Positions 19,400 to 29,252 of a stretch of DNA of 62,021 bases are shown one piece after another. Position numbers and translations under genes: made by a program. The notes under the pieces are model-generated. The model worked only from the letters and a program-made list of their open reading frames with translations. It did not search any database and was not told the origin of the DNA. The stretch's first letter is position 1. Every line of letters starts with the position of its first letter. The DNA is from a virus (taxonomy: Duplodnaviria > Caudoviricetes), in the IMG/VR virus record IMGVR_UViG_3300030109_004637, positions 1 through 62,021 of that record; one strand, written 5' to 3'.

Positions 19400-21817
19400 T
19401 TATCTAGGATCAAAAGCACCTAAGTTAAAATTACCACCTAATATATCATTACCTGCTGACTCAAAGTTTTTAGGTGGTTTATCTTTTTTTCTTTGATCAA
19501 TTAATTCAGATTGTTGAGATGCTTGTATTTTTGTTCTTTCATCTTTACGATCTTCTTTTTCTTTTTCTCTATTTTTAAATGATTGAACCTCAATTTGTTT
19601 TAGTTGCATATTCATTTGAAATTCCAACTGCATCAATTCTTTTTTAGCAGCAACTTCTTGTTGCATTTTTTGTGCTTCTAATTGTGCCTTAAGTTGTTCT
19701 AATTGACTATCTACCTGAACTAAAGCTTGTTGTTTTTGTACCTCTGATTCTGCGGCGGCAGATTGTTGTGCGGCATTTGCTTGAGCTTGAGCTTGTATAT
19801 TTTGTTGAGCAACTTGTTGATCTCTTTGTTGTTTCTTTTTTCTTCTTAACTTTAAAACTTGATTAGCTAACTTAATATTATTTATTTCTCTTATATCAAT
19901 AGCATCTTCAAGATCTATAGTTTTTTGTTGAACAGCTACTTGAATATTATTTTCAAGCATTGCTTTTTCTTCTTCATCAGGTTTTAATTCAATAAATATA
20001 CCAAAATCATGCATATGCAAATTAGACATCTCTTCTAATGTAGCTACATTATGTACACCTATACTTTGTATAAAAGCTTCTTTTGTAGGAGAATATTCTA
20101 TTACATCAGATATTCTTAATGATAAGCATTCAGCTGTTTCAGCTGTTAAAAATAAACCTGATTGTAATATATGCCTTGTTGCTGTATTAGAATTAGCTGC
20201 TGCTATTTTTTGAAGACCTACTAAAGAATTTTTATCAGGAGTGCTACCATCTCTAGCTTCATTTAAGCCAGTAACATCTCTTATCATTTGTAAGTAATAA
20301 TTATAAGTTTGTATTAGTGTTTGCATTTTAGCTCCACCACTACCACTAGCTATTTCTTGTATAGGTACTTTTCCAGGATTAAGATCTCCATCTGAAGTAA
20401 GTGATCTACCTATAATACTACCAGTTTGAAAAAACATATTTAATGCTTCTTGAGGATTATAGTTTGTTCCATTACCAAGATCAACTTCAGCTATACCATC
20501 AGCATCTAAATAAACACCATCTGGTATCATCCTTGACATTACTTGCTGTAGCTTTAAATGAGTTAGCTGTATCATATCAGCAAAACCAGTTATTCTACTT
20601 ACTAGTGATTCTACTCTACCTTGATAAACTCTAGGAGCAACAATACTGTAATTCATTTTAACTTTAGTGTTATCACTTTTTGGCCTCATCATATTTTCAG
20701 CCATTTCCCATTTTAACAGCTTACTGCTACCTAAAGCCATAACACCTTCGTACAATACTTCTAATGATCTAGAAACTTTTTCAAAATTTTCATCTGATAC
20801 TTCAGATGGTGGGTTAAAGTTGTCATCTTTATTTATTGCTTTATTAGCACCAGTACCTGTAGTTTTTATTTTATAAACTTCATTCATATATGTTTTATAA
20901 TTAAAATATAAAACATCTATTTGATTATTATCTTTTTGATCGTACTGATACCTACTACTACGAGTTTTTACTGTAGTTGAATAATTTTGTATTTCCTTTA
21001 AATCTTCATTTGTTAGTTGAGGAAACTCTTTTTTTAATTCGTTTATTGGTACTGTTTTTATTTCGCCAACGTAATATATATCTTCAAAGTATGGTGACTC
21101 AGTATATGAATAAACTAAGTTTATTGGATCTACATATTCTATTTTTATGCCTTCAGATTTACTAAATGTATTTTTAATACAACCTATACCTAATACTGTT
21201 AAATCATAAAAAAATCTTTTTTTAGTTAATTCATATTTATTTTTTTCAAACAAAACATTTAAAGCTTGTTCTTCTGCTATTTCAATAGCTTGTTTGTAAG
21301 TTAACTGCATATGAAGCTCAAGTTCTTCTTTAGAATCTGGTAATTCTTCTTCTGGTGTTGATGCAAGGCTTACATTAAAATTTTCTTTAAAAAAACTGTC
21401 AAAGTTTTTAAGTCTCATGTCAGATAAAATACCCTCCATGTAATCAGTTCTTTTACTTATTCCATTTGGATCTTGAGAAAAAGCTTTTATGTCATAAGTT
21501 CTTTCAGAAATACCATTAACAACTATATCTACAAATTTAGGTATAATAGGTACTGGTTTCCAGTCTAAATTAAGATAAGATAAATCACCATTTATAGATA
21601 ATTCATCTTTATATTTTTGTATGGACTGCTCACCTCTAGCATAAAGTCTTAGTTTGTGATAATTATTATAATTAGTTCTATACCTGTGATTACCACTATC
21701 ACCGTAAAACCATTCAGTTTCTATAGCTCTAGCAACCTTAAGTCCATATTCTGGACTTATTTTTTCAAGATCACTAGCTACTTGGCTAGGAAAATAATTT
21801 TTAATAGAATCAGCCAT
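19400..21817 (-). CDS. Portal protein
   Basis: 805 aa; LRLYARGEQ, WKPVPIIPKFVDIVVNG, IRDVTGLNEARDG; Gln-rich barrel-like C-terminus; follows terL. Confidence 0.85.
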   Translation of the reverse strand: MADSIKNYFPSQVASDLEKISPEYGLKVARAIETEWFYGDSGNHRYRTNYNNYHKLRLYARGEQSIQKYKDELSINGDLSYLNLDWKPVPIIPKFVDIVVNGISERTYDIKAFSQDPNGISKRTDYMEGILSDMRLKNFDSFFKENFNVSLASTPEEELPDSKEELELHMQLTYKQAIEIAEEQALNVLFEKNKYELTKKRFFYDLTVLGIGCIKNTFSKSEGIKIEYVDPINLVYSYTESPYFEDIYYVGEIKTVPINELKKEFPQLTNEDLKEIQNYSTTVKTRSSRYQYDQKDNNQIDVLYFNYKTYMNEVYKIKTTGTGANKAINKDDNFNPPSEVSDENFEKVSRSLEVLYEGVMALGSSKLLKWEMAENMMRPKSDNTKVKMNYSIVAPRVYQGRVESLVSRITGFADMIQLTHLKLQQVMSRMIPDGVYLDADGIAEVDLGNGTNYNPQEALNMFFQTGSIIGRSLTSDGDLNPGKVPIQEIASGSGGAKMQTLIQTYNYYLQMIRDVTGLNEARDGSTPDKNSLVGLQKIAAANSNTATRHILQSGLFLTAETAECLSLRISDVIEYSPTKEAFIQSIGVHNVATLEEMSNLHMHDFGIFIELKPDEEEKAMLENNIQVAVQQKTIDLEDAIDIREINNIKLANQVLKLRRKKKQQRDQQVAQQNIQAQAQANAAQQSAAAESEVQKQQALVQVDSQLEQLKAQLEAQKMQQEVAAKKELMQLEFQMNMQLKQIEVQSFKNREKEKEDRKDERTKIQASQQSELIDQRKKDKPPKNFESAGNDILGGNFNLGAFDPR

Positions 21818-24032
21818 ATTGTTCTGTTATTATTTTAGATGACATGCCTTCGTTTTTATATTTAGCAAATCCAATATTTATTTTTCTTTTTTCTCTTTGT
21901 ATGTTTGGTGCATATAAATTTCTATTGCAAGCCATAACAGCTAAACCACTACTTATAGATGCATCAAATTTTGTTCTGTTATTTATGTCAAATTTTGACC
22001 AATCATTTAATGTTGTATTAAAATACATACTACCATAACTACCATCACTCTTTAAACCAACATTATTTTGTATATACATTTCAATAGCAGCAGCATGAGC
22101 CTGCTTCATGTCTTCACTAGAGTTAGGTATACCACCTATTTCTTTTTCTGTTATTGATAGTTTGTTCCAAATTTTATCTGGTCTATTCATAGAATAACCT
22201 CTATAACCTCTACGTCTTAAATAATACAAAAGCCTAGGCTTATTATTCTCTGCTAGTATTGGCATGCCATAAAATACAAGCGCCATTAATACATCTTCAA
22301 AAAATATTTCTGCAGTTTGAGGTCTAGCTAAATATTCTAAAAAGAAACTAGTACTTGGTGCTTCTTCCATTGAAAACTTTGTTAGTCCGTGTAAAGCTCC
22401 TTTAGAACCTTGACCGTCAACAGTACCAGATATATCATAACTATCACATCCAAAAGCACCGATATGTTCATTACCTGGTTTTTTACCGTTACTAGTTTGT
22501 ATTACTTTATTTTGCAAATGAGTTGGTGGCACCCAACTAATATTAAATCTACCTTTAGGATCTGGATAAAATATTACTTTTGAATCTTTAATACCATTTA
22601 CCCATTGAAAATTACCAGTTGTTATAGCTGAATTATTATTAACACCTTCATTATAATCTATTTGTTCGTATATTCTAGTTAAATTAAATATACTATTCTT
22701 AGTTTCATCTCTAAATGCATGCTCTTCTGTTCTAGGAAACTGTCTATAAAACTCATTTAAAGCATCAGGATCATTTTTTAAACCATCAACTTCATTTTGC
22801 CAATGATCTAATATACCTGTATCTATGTATTCCCCATAAGGTCCTTTAACTTCTTTTTCAGGTGTATCAAATACTGGCTGACCGTACTCATCAATAAACC
22901 CCTCGTAATTCCATTCCATAGGAATAAAAAGGCTATAAAGCCCAGAACTAGTTTGTCCATTTCTATTTCGTTTATTGACATCTGAATCTCTGTATAGTTT
23001 TTTAAAATTCTCACCACCTTTGTCTAAAGCATTAGACGTAGATCCCATCATACATTTACCTATAACTCTACTACCTAACCTTAACGTTGTTTTTGTGACT
23101 TGCCAGTTGTTGAGTATGTTGTTTGGCTTTTCCCACTTCCCTGATTCATCATGTACGAGGAGTTTAAGTTTTTCCCCATCGTAGGAGTTGTCGCCGGTAT
23201 TTTTCCAATCGATTGTGGTGTCCAATCCTTGTAAATCAGCTGGTCTTTCCGAACTCGTGATACTCCGTCTGGTAAGTTTTGATGCTGGTACTCTGAATGC
23301 AAGTTCTGTTTTAGGTCTATCCATACCGTCTTGGATTGGTTTGAAGAAGAAGGGGTAGTTGACAGATATTGGCACGACCTTGTCAGTGAACATCTTCTTA
23401 GCATCGGGTCCAGACTTGGACAAAATGCCGTACCTCGAATCACTGGATATTGTAGCAAGGTTAACCGATTCTCCACTTGCCATGAAAGAAAACCCTGATC
23501 TTCTGTTCTTAAGATAACACATCCCATAGGATCTTGCATCTGATTTACAAGCCTCCCAAAAGATGTAGAATAATCTATTGGCTTCACGATAATCTGGTTT
23601 CCCGACGTCAATTTTACTCCATTGCAAGTACATGTAATGAGCACCAGTAATATAAGTAGGGCAGCCGTTGTTATAGTACCATAAACCTTCTTCTCTAATT
23701 TTGAACTCATTTTCTATATATTCTATATGTTTTTCTTTAAAACTATTAGGATACTCCTTCCAATCAAATATTGTTTTTATTTTACTAAGTTCTTCTGGAC
23801 ACTCAGTATACTCCCATTTATTGCTTTTAAACTTAACAATATTAGTTTGTTTTGGTAAAGCTATTTTAAGATTTTGTATCTCATATACTTCACCTATTTG
23901 ACCGGTTTTACTAATTATAACAACATCATGTTCTTTGTTATAACCATACTCCCATTTTTTAGACTTGTTAAGTCTTGTTATTGTATTTAATTTAATTGGA
24001 GTTATAACCTTATATAAGGTTTGTTTATACAT
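21810..24032 (-). CDS. terL: Terminase large subunit
   Basis: Walker A-like KNRRSGFS, Walker B LLVHDESGK, nuclease motifs FGCDSYD and FDASISSG. Confidence 0.9.
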   Translation of the reverse strand: MYKQTLYKVITPIKLNTITRLNKSKKWEYGYNKEHDVVIISKTGQIGEVYEIQNLKIALPKQTNIVKFKSNKWEYTECPEELSKIKTIFDWKEYPNSFKEKHIEYIENEFKIREEGLWYYNNGCPTYITGAHYMYLQWSKIDVGKPDYREANRLFYIFWEACKSDARSYGMCYLKNRRSGFSFMASGESVNLATISSDSRYGILSKSGPDAKKMFTDKVVPISVNYPFFFKPIQDGMDRPKTELAFRVPASKLTRRSITSSERPADLQGLDTTIDWKNTGDNSYDGEKLKLLVHDESGKWEKPNNILNNWQVTKTTLRLGSRVIGKCMMGSTSNALDKGGENFKKLYRDSDVNKRNRNGQTSSGLYSLFIPMEWNYEGFIDEYGQPVFDTPEKEVKGPYGEYIDTGILDHWQNEVDGLKNDPDALNEFYRQFPRTEEHAFRDETKNSIFNLTRIYEQIDYNEGVNNNSAITTGNFQWVNGIKDSKVIFYPDPKGRFNISWVPPTHLQNKVIQTSNGKKPGNEHIGAFGCDSYDISGTVDGQGSKGALHGLTKFSMEEAPSTSFFLEYLARPQTAEIFFEDVLMALVFYGMPILAENNKPRLLYYLRRRGYRGYSMNRPDKIWNKLSITEKEIGGIPNSSEDMKQAHAAAIEMYIQNNVGLKSDGSYGSMYFNTTLNDWSKFDINNRTKFDASISSGLAVMACNRNLYAPNIQREKRKINIGFAKYKNEGMSSKIITEQYG
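22823..22960 (-). CDS. Possible second +1-frame peptide inside terL (MDKLVLGFIAFLFLWNG...)
   Basis: Same +1 frame as 23081-23710; hydrophobic N-terminus and basic C-terminus. Confidence 0.25.
   Translation of the reverse strand: MDKLVLGFIAFLFLWNGITRGLLMSTVSQYLIHLKKKLKDLMGNT
23081..23710 (-). CDS. Overprinted 209 aa protein with N-terminal signal/TM segment and Cys, in the +1 frame of terL
   Basis: 630 nt stop-free; local GC rise and C-ending terL codons; four stops within 12 codons from its end. Confidence 0.6.
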   Translation of the reverse strand: MSSKLEKKVYGTITTAALLILLVLITCTCNGVKLTSGNQIIVKPIDYSTSFGRLVNQMQDPMGCVILRTEDQGFLSWQVENRLTLLQYPVIRGTAFCPSLDPMLRRCSLTRSCQYLSTTPSSSNQSKTVWIDLKQNLHSEYQHQNLPDGVSRVRKDQLIYKDWTPQSIGKIPATTPTMGKNLNSSYMMNQGSGKSQTTYSTTGKSQKQR

Positions 24033-24035
24033 ATA

Positions 24036-24428
24036 TTATCCTTTTGTAAAGAAAGCATATTCAGCAACTATTGTATTTGCAGAAGCTTCTAATTGTACCG
24101 CAACTGAACCACCAGTTCTACCTATTGGAACAAACATAAATTCACCTGCACTTAATTCTCCAAAAGATTTGTCATCTTCTATTTCAACTTCTAAAGTTGA
24201 TGTTACCGCAGCATCATTTTCATCAACTCCGGTGTGTTTTACATACAAATATCTAATACTAGAAGCTGACGCACATATTATTGTTGAACCACCTGTAGTT
24301 GAAGCTGATATTTTACTTAATCCTATTATAGGATCTGTTACTGTTAAAGAATCTGTTAAATTTAAATTTAAAGGATTAGATGTAGCGTCTGTACTTGATA
24401 GTATTAATGTTGCTGATAATGTTGCCAT
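24036..24428 (-). CDS. Hypothetical beta-rich virion-type protein
   Basis: 130 aa, LSAGEFMFVP...VAEYAFF. Confidence 0.55.
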   Translation of the reverse strand: MATLSATLILSSTDATSNPLNLNLTDSLTVTDPIIGLSKISASTTGGSTIICASASSIRYLYVKHTGVDENDAAVTSTLEVEIEDDKSFGELSAGEFMFVPIGRTGGSVAVQLEASANTIVAEYAFFTKG

Positions 24429-24436
24429 ATTTTTTT

Positions 24437-24715
24437 TTATTTAGATCTTTTTTCTGCAAAACCACCAAATGACACATCTTTTTTTATATCAACTGGTATT
24501 TTGTTTTCTATTATGTTTTCTTCTTCTTCTATTCTTTTTAATATTTCAAAGGCATCAAAGATAGCAAGTTTTTTTGTTGCTGCTGCATTTTTTAATCTGT
24601 CTGCAGATATATCATCGTCTGAATCAACAATAGCTTCTTTAGCTACTTTTATTAATTCTTCAACCGCTACTTGCCCAGCTTGGATTATATTCTTCTTCGT
24701 TTCCTTTGTATTCAT
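24437..24715 (-). CDS. Helical protein, candidate terminase small subunit
   Basis: 92 aa helical ORF two genes upstream of terL; assignment is positional only. Confidence 0.4.
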   Translation of the reverse strand: MNTKETKKNIIQAGQVAVEELIKVAKEAIVDSDDDISADRLKNAAATKKLAIFDAFEILKRIEEEENIIENKIPVDIKKDVSFGGFAEKRSK

Positions 24716-25265
24716 ATTTAATTGTAATTTGACTAGTTAAAACTCTATATAGTCTTTCACCGTCAATAATAAATTCATAAGTGCTTATAGGTGTAAATCC
24801 AACTAAGTCACCTTCTTTTAAACCAAATTCTAAAAGTGCTTTGTTACTTTGTTTCAAAATACCTACACACTCTTTTTCTTGATTTGAAGAATATTTATCT
24901 GTAGATTTTATTGGTTTTACAAAACAAAAACCTTCTGTAGCTATCCACTTATTGTTTCTTTTATAAGAAAATATTTGATCTTCTTTTACACAATAAGTAT
25001 TTTCGTTTATATAACTTCTACTATTTTTTTCTTCAGCTTTTATATTATGCCATCTTCTAAATACATTATGATGAACTATTATTTCATCATCTACTTGTAT
25101 TTTAGTAGGTACAGCTATAGGTATTGATTTAACTATAGCTCTTCTACTAACATATTTATGGTTATATATTTCTGTATTAAGTATAAGTTTTTTATCACCT
25201 ATTTCTTTAACATTATTATATCTTGATTTCTTAGGTGATATAATAAAATCATATATACTTTGCAT
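24660..25265 (-). CDS. Hypothetical protein, possible tandem GroES-like fold
   Basis: Two beta-rich halves with IQVDDEIIVHH and LKEGDLVGF patterns resembling GroES. Confidence 0.45.
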   Translation of the reverse strand: MQSIYDFIISPKKSRYNNVKEIGDKKLILNTEIYNHKYVSRRAIVKSIPIAVPTKIQVDDEIIVHHNVFRRWHNIKAEEKNSRSYINENTYCVKEDQIFSYKRNNKWIATEGFCFVKPIKSTDKYSSNQEKECVGILKQSNKALLEFGLKEGDLVGFTPISTYEFIIDGERLYRVLTSQITIKYEYKGNEEEYNPSWASSG

Positions 25266-25495
25266 TAATATTCTAGATTATACTCTACTGATATAGCCAT
25301 GTTTTTATTGAAGTTTTTCCAAATAATAACATCTTCATTTTTTTTAATATAAATGTCATACCCTTCATCTTCTTCAATTATATTATAAATCTTATGACCT
25401 CCATAAACCTCTTGACCTACAGAGTAATGCATAGATTCATTTTTATAATCTTTACCAATACTAATTTTACGTATTAGCTTGCTGCTCATCTTCAA
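25265..25495 (-). CDS. Hypothetical protein
   Basis: 76 aa ORF in operon. Confidence 0.6.
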   Translation of the reverse strand: MKMSSKLIRKISIGKDYKNESMHYSVGQEVYGGHKIYNIIEEDEGYDIYIKKNEDVIIWKNFNKNMAISVEYNLEY

Positions 25496-25721
25496 TTGGA
25501 GTTATGGTGCCGTCTACAATATTAACGTTTACTTTACCGTATTGTTTTTCAAGTGTTTCTTGAAAATCTTTAAGACCTTTTTGAACCTCACCTATTTGAT
25601 GAAGTAGTACGTGTTTTTGAGTTTCAAGTTGACCAATTTGTGATTGACCATTGTTTATTTGTTTTACTAAACCTTGTATTGCTTCTAACTCGTCTTTTTT
25701 AATTTTTTTAACTTTACTCAT
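25467..25721 (-). CDS. Coiled-coil hypothetical protein
   Basis: 84 aa, ...LEKQYGKVNVNIVDG. Confidence 0.6.
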   Translation of the reverse strand: MSKVKKIKKDELEAIQGLVKQINNGQSQIGQLETQKHVLLHQIGEVQKGLKDFQETLEKQYGKVNVNIVDGTITPIEDEQQANT

Positions 25722-25756
25722 TATTTTAAATTTAATTAAATTTTACTTGTTAATAT

Positions 25757-25785
25757 TTAAATTACACAAATACTTTGTTTTTTAA
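25757..25785 (-). promoter_or_regulatory. Putative late promoter TTAAA-N13-GTGTAAT
   Basis: Intergenic; matches the late motif. Confidence 0.5.
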
Positions 25786-25788
25786 AAT

Positions 25789-26235
25789 TTACTTTGCACT
25801 TGTGCCATAATAATATGCAAATATATTACTTATAACAACACCTTCTACCATACCCATTAAATGTACAAACAAATCATTATCAGTTACAGTAGGTACATAA
25901 ACTACTGCATATATTATAAAAGCAAATGACATTAACCCAACTATTCCGGTCAATGTCATCATAAAGTCTTTTTTACCAGTTTTAGCAACTTCTATTTCCC
26001 TGTTTCTAGCAGAGTCTCTATCAGCTACTTCTAGTTTATACATTTCAGCATGTTGCTTATTTAATATCTTTTTATCCTCAGGTGATATCTTAGGATCATT
26101 GTCAATCATCTTACCTACCATACTAAGCACACCTGCGTCTGGTATTAAATCACCTGCAACATTAAGTATTTTAGGTGCTAAGTTTTTTAGCAGTCCACCT
26201 AACTTGGTGTCTTTAAATTTTTTCTTTTCACTCAT
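25789..26235 (-). CDS. Holin-like membrane protein
   Basis: DRDSARNRE followed by two hydrophobic helices and YYYGTS. Confidence 0.6.
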   Translation of the reverse strand: MSEKKKFKDTKLGGLLKNLAPKILNVAGDLIPDAGVLSMVGKMIDNDPKISPEDKKILNKQHAEMYKLEVADRDSARNREIEVAKTGKKDFMMTLTGIVGLMSFAFIIYAVVYVPTVTDNDLFVHLMGMVEGVVISNIFAYYYGTSAK

Positions 26236-26549
26236 GTTTTTCTTCTTCTTCTTTTTCCACTCACTCTTTTACGCCTAGAAGCTTTGTATGCTTCTTTTTC
26301 CCAAGGTAAATTTTCACTACCTTCATCTATTTTATTTCTTGGATATGTCTTTCCTTTCCAATAAAAATTTTTATTATCATAATCAAGATCACCTCTTCTC
26401 ATTTGTTCTAAATGAACCTTTTCATGAGCAATCACTCGTTTTGCTTGAGCACTGTTTTTATCTATAGATTTATTAATAAGTATTGTATTACCTTTATTCG
26501 CCTGGCCTAAAACATTTTTACCTAAACGCTTTTTAATTACACGTACCAT
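26232..26549 (-). CDS. Small zincin-like metallopeptidase
   Basis: VIAHEKVH (HExxH) and PWEKEAY. Confidence 0.7.
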   Translation of the reverse strand: MVRVIKKRLGKNVLGQANKGNTILINKSIDKNSAQAKRVIAHEKVHLEQMRRGDLDYDNKNFYWKGKTYPRNKIDEGSENLPWEKEAYKASRRKRVSGKRRRRKT

Positions 26550-26551
26550 AC

Positions 26552-26992
26552 TTATCTATCTTTGTCTTTTATCATATCATCTAAAGCTTTATTCATTACT
26601 TTATCAGTATATGTTTTGTTTTTATGAAAAACATTTCTTTCTGTAAATGGTGGATCTTCTTCACCTAGTAGTATTCTATATATTCTACTTATTACTTGAC
26701 TACATTTAAACGATGTTTTAAATACACTGTATTTTATAGTAGTCCTATTTCTTTGTCTCCAAACCTCTATCCAACCCTCTCTTTTTAATCTCTCCCACCT
26801 GTGCTTATCCCAAGTATATGTATAAGCACCATCTATAAATTCATTACGTGTAAATCTTCCTTTACAATCTAAGTATATTAATAATTCAAGATCAGCATCA
26901 CTTAAACCATAAGTTTTACAGACCCACTTACGTGTGAGCCTGTAATACTTAAGGATGTTAAGATCACGAAGATCTTGTGCTGTTAATCTCAA
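26552..26992 (-). CDS. Hypothetical protein, possible winged HTH
   Basis: GLSDADLELLIYL...LKREGWI; TTG start. Confidence 0.5.
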   Translation of the reverse strand: MRLTAQDLRDLNILKYYRLTRKWVCKTYGLSDADLELLIYLDCKGRFTRNEFIDGAYTYTWDKHRWERLKREGWIEVWRQRNRTTIKYSVFKTSFKCSQVISRIYRILLGEEDPPFTERNVFHKNKTYTDKVMNKALDDMIKDKDR

Positions 26993-27002
26993 TATTTAAA
27001 TA

Positions 27003-27320
27003 TTAAGTGTCAATTGTTAATGCAGTGCTAGTAATATCTGGATGTAAGAATACAGAATTTACTAAATCACATACTACAATAAAACCATCAACATGAGGTC
27101 CACCATTAATAGCTTGAATTATAGCTTGTGTAACAGCTTTCTCCGTTTGAGTTGTAATTGTTAAAGTTACAAGATCAGTGTCAGCCGCATCATTTGTTGA
27201 GGCTGGTGCAAAAAACAGTTTTAAATCAGTATCTCCATCGTGGATAATACTAATTAAATTTGATACTGGATAGCAATAAGCATCGTTATTTCCATCTTGA
27301 AAATATAAAAATTTATCCAT
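27003..27320 (-). CDS. Hypothetical protein
   Basis: 105 aa ORF. Confidence 0.6.
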   Translation of the reverse strand: MDKFLYFQDGNNDAYCYPVSNLISIIHDGDTDLKLFFAPASTNDAADTDLVTLTITTQTEKAVTQAIIQAINGGPHVDGFIVVCDLVNSVFLHPDITSTALTIDT

Positions 27321-27418
27321 AATTATTATTTGTTTTGAGTTTTAAAATTAATTTACCGTTTGTGGTTACTGGATTATGGGTTTAGGTTTCTGGCTTATTC
27401 TATATTAATAGAATGTCT

Positions 27419-27676
27419 TTATTCGACAAGAACTACGTCTTGTGCTCTTATAATTTTATAAAGGGTGTCTTCATAGCTAATACCATGTCCTGCATGCTTG
27501 TCATAGTATACTATGTCTTTATCATTGACACCCTCGACCTTACTGCCGCAGCTGATAACCTTAGCTCTAATGTAACGATTATCCAGGTCTGTCTTCTCTG
27601 TGAAAATAAGTCCAGCAATCTTTTTTTGCTCTTCTTTTATATCACTTACTATTAAATAGTAATTAATTGCTTTCAT
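27419..27676 (-). CDS. groES: Co-chaperonin GroES
   Basis: 85 aa; mobile loop KKIAGLIF, AKVISCG, IIRAQDVV; overlaps the groEL stop. Confidence 0.85.
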   Translation of the reverse strand: MKAINYYLIVSDIKEEQKKIAGLIFTEKTDLDNRYIRAKVISCGSKVEGVNDKDIVYYDKHAGHGISYEDTLYKIIRAQDVVLVE

Positions 27677-29225
27677 TAGTCCTCATATTAGATATAACAC
27701 AATCTGCAGATATAATAGTTGATACTACACTTACTGCATTTTTTAAAGCTGTCTTTGTAACTAATACAGGATCTATAATCCCACTTTTTACCATATTAAC
27801 GTGTTCACCAGATACAACATTAAAGCCCCAACCTTTTTTTAAAGGTTCAACTGAGTCTTCTATACCTGCATTTTCTAGTATAGTGTTATAAGGTGAGCGT
27901 GTTGCTTGTAATAATATATTTTCACAATCGTTAGAGGGTAGTATTGCTTGTGATGCATTTAATAAAGCTATGCCACCACCAGATATAATACCTTCTTTTA
28001 ATGCTGCTTTTACAGCATGTATTGCATCTTCAACGCGATCTTTCTTTTCTTTTAACTCAACTTTTGAGTCCGCACCTACTCTTACAATACCGACAGAACC
28101 AGATAGCATGCTAAGTCTATCTTGTAATTTTCTTTTTATAAATTCGTTTTTTTCTTTTTCTATTTTCTTTTCAACTTCAGATATTCTTTCACTAATACTA
28201 CTGTTAAGTTCTTTTATAGTAAGTACAGTGTTTTTATTATCTGTAACTGATTTTAATACTTCACCTAAACAATCAGGTTGTATTAGATCTAAATCATCAC
28301 CAAGCTCTTCACTAATAACTTTAGCACCAGTTAGTATAGCTAGATCTTCAATAGCATCTTGTTTGGTAGGTCCAAATCCTGGTAAATCAATAATATTAAC
28401 ACTAATATTACCTTTAACCTTATTCATCATTAAAGCTGATTGAACTTGTTGGGCTACTGAAGCTACTATTAATAAAGATTTTTTATTCTTTATAACGTGT
28501 TCTAATATAGACTGTATTTTTCTAATACTTGGTATTTCTGATGATACTATTAATACTAACGGGTTTTCTAATGTTGCAGTCTCTCTATCTTTATCTGTAA
28601 CAAAATGAGGTGATTTTAAACCGCAGTCTATTTGTACACCATCAACAGTTTCTACATAAGTTTCGTTTGTTTCTGATTCTTCCATTAACACAACACCGTT
28701 TTTACCTACAACGTTGTATGCTTCGGCTATAGTGCTACCTAGTTCTTCATCGTTGTTACATGATATAGTAGCAACACTATCTAACATTTTACCAGAAACA
28801 TCTACACTATTTTTATCTAAAAATTTATTTACTTTGTTTAAAGCAGAGTTTATACCTGATTTAATTTGTCTAGTAGTATATTGTAAATTTGCATTAACTT
28901 CATTTAATAGAGATTCGGCAAGTACGATAGCAGTTGTAGTACCGTCACCTGCCTCCCTCACTGTATTCCTAGAAGCTTCTTTAATAAGAGTAGCTCCTAT
29001 GTTCTCCACTGGATCAAACAAGACAACCGATTCTGCTACGGTTACTCCGTCTTTTGTGATCACTGGTTTACCTCTAGCATCTTCGTAAATAACACATTTA
29101 CCTGATGCACCTAGAGTAGATTTAACAGCGCCTGCTAGTTTTTCTACTCCAGCTGATATTCTATTCTTAGCTGAGTCACCAAAGTTTAAATCTTTGACAA
29201 TCTCGCTAGGCTGATTGTATTCCAT
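27663..29225 (-). CDS. groEL: Chaperonin GroEL
   Basis: VKSTLGASG, ITKDGVTVA, AGDGTTTA, EKKDRVEDA, GIIDPVLV. Confidence 0.95.
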   Translation of the reverse strand: MEYNQPSEIVKDLNFGDSAKNRISAGVEKLAGAVKSTLGASGKCVIYEDARGKPVITKDGVTVAESVVLFDPVENIGATLIKEASRNTVREAGDGTTTAIVLAESLLNEVNANLQYTTRQIKSGINSALNKVNKFLDKNSVDVSGKMLDSVATISCNNDEELGSTIAEAYNVVGKNGVVLMEESETNETYVETVDGVQIDCGLKSPHFVTDKDRETATLENPLVLIVSSEIPSIRKIQSILEHVIKNKKSLLIVASVAQQVQSALMMNKVKGNISVNIIDLPGFGPTKQDAIEDLAILTGAKVISEELGDDLDLIQPDCLGEVLKSVTDNKNTVLTIKELNSSISERISEVEKKIEKEKNEFIKRKLQDRLSMLSGSVGIVRVGADSKVELKEKKDRVEDAIHAVKAALKEGIISGGGIALLNASQAILPSNDCENILLQATRSPYNTILENAGIEDSVEPLKKGWGFNVVSGEHVNMVKSGIIDPVLVTKTALKNAVSVVSTIISADCVISNMRTNESN

Positions 29226-29252
29226 TAAATTAAATTAAATTGATTATATATA

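Noticed and set aside
27413-27655. GC-richer groES with an antisense 80 aa ORF as another overprint
   Set aside because: The same-strand +1 frame is short and the long ORF is antisense; expression-related codon bias explains it equally well
757-29088. Many plus-strand ORFs antisense to late genes (for example 2623-2868, 4756-5016, 23965-24444, 27970-28443, 28714-29088)
   Set aside because: Typical antisense shadows of real genes, with no leaders or promoters on that strand
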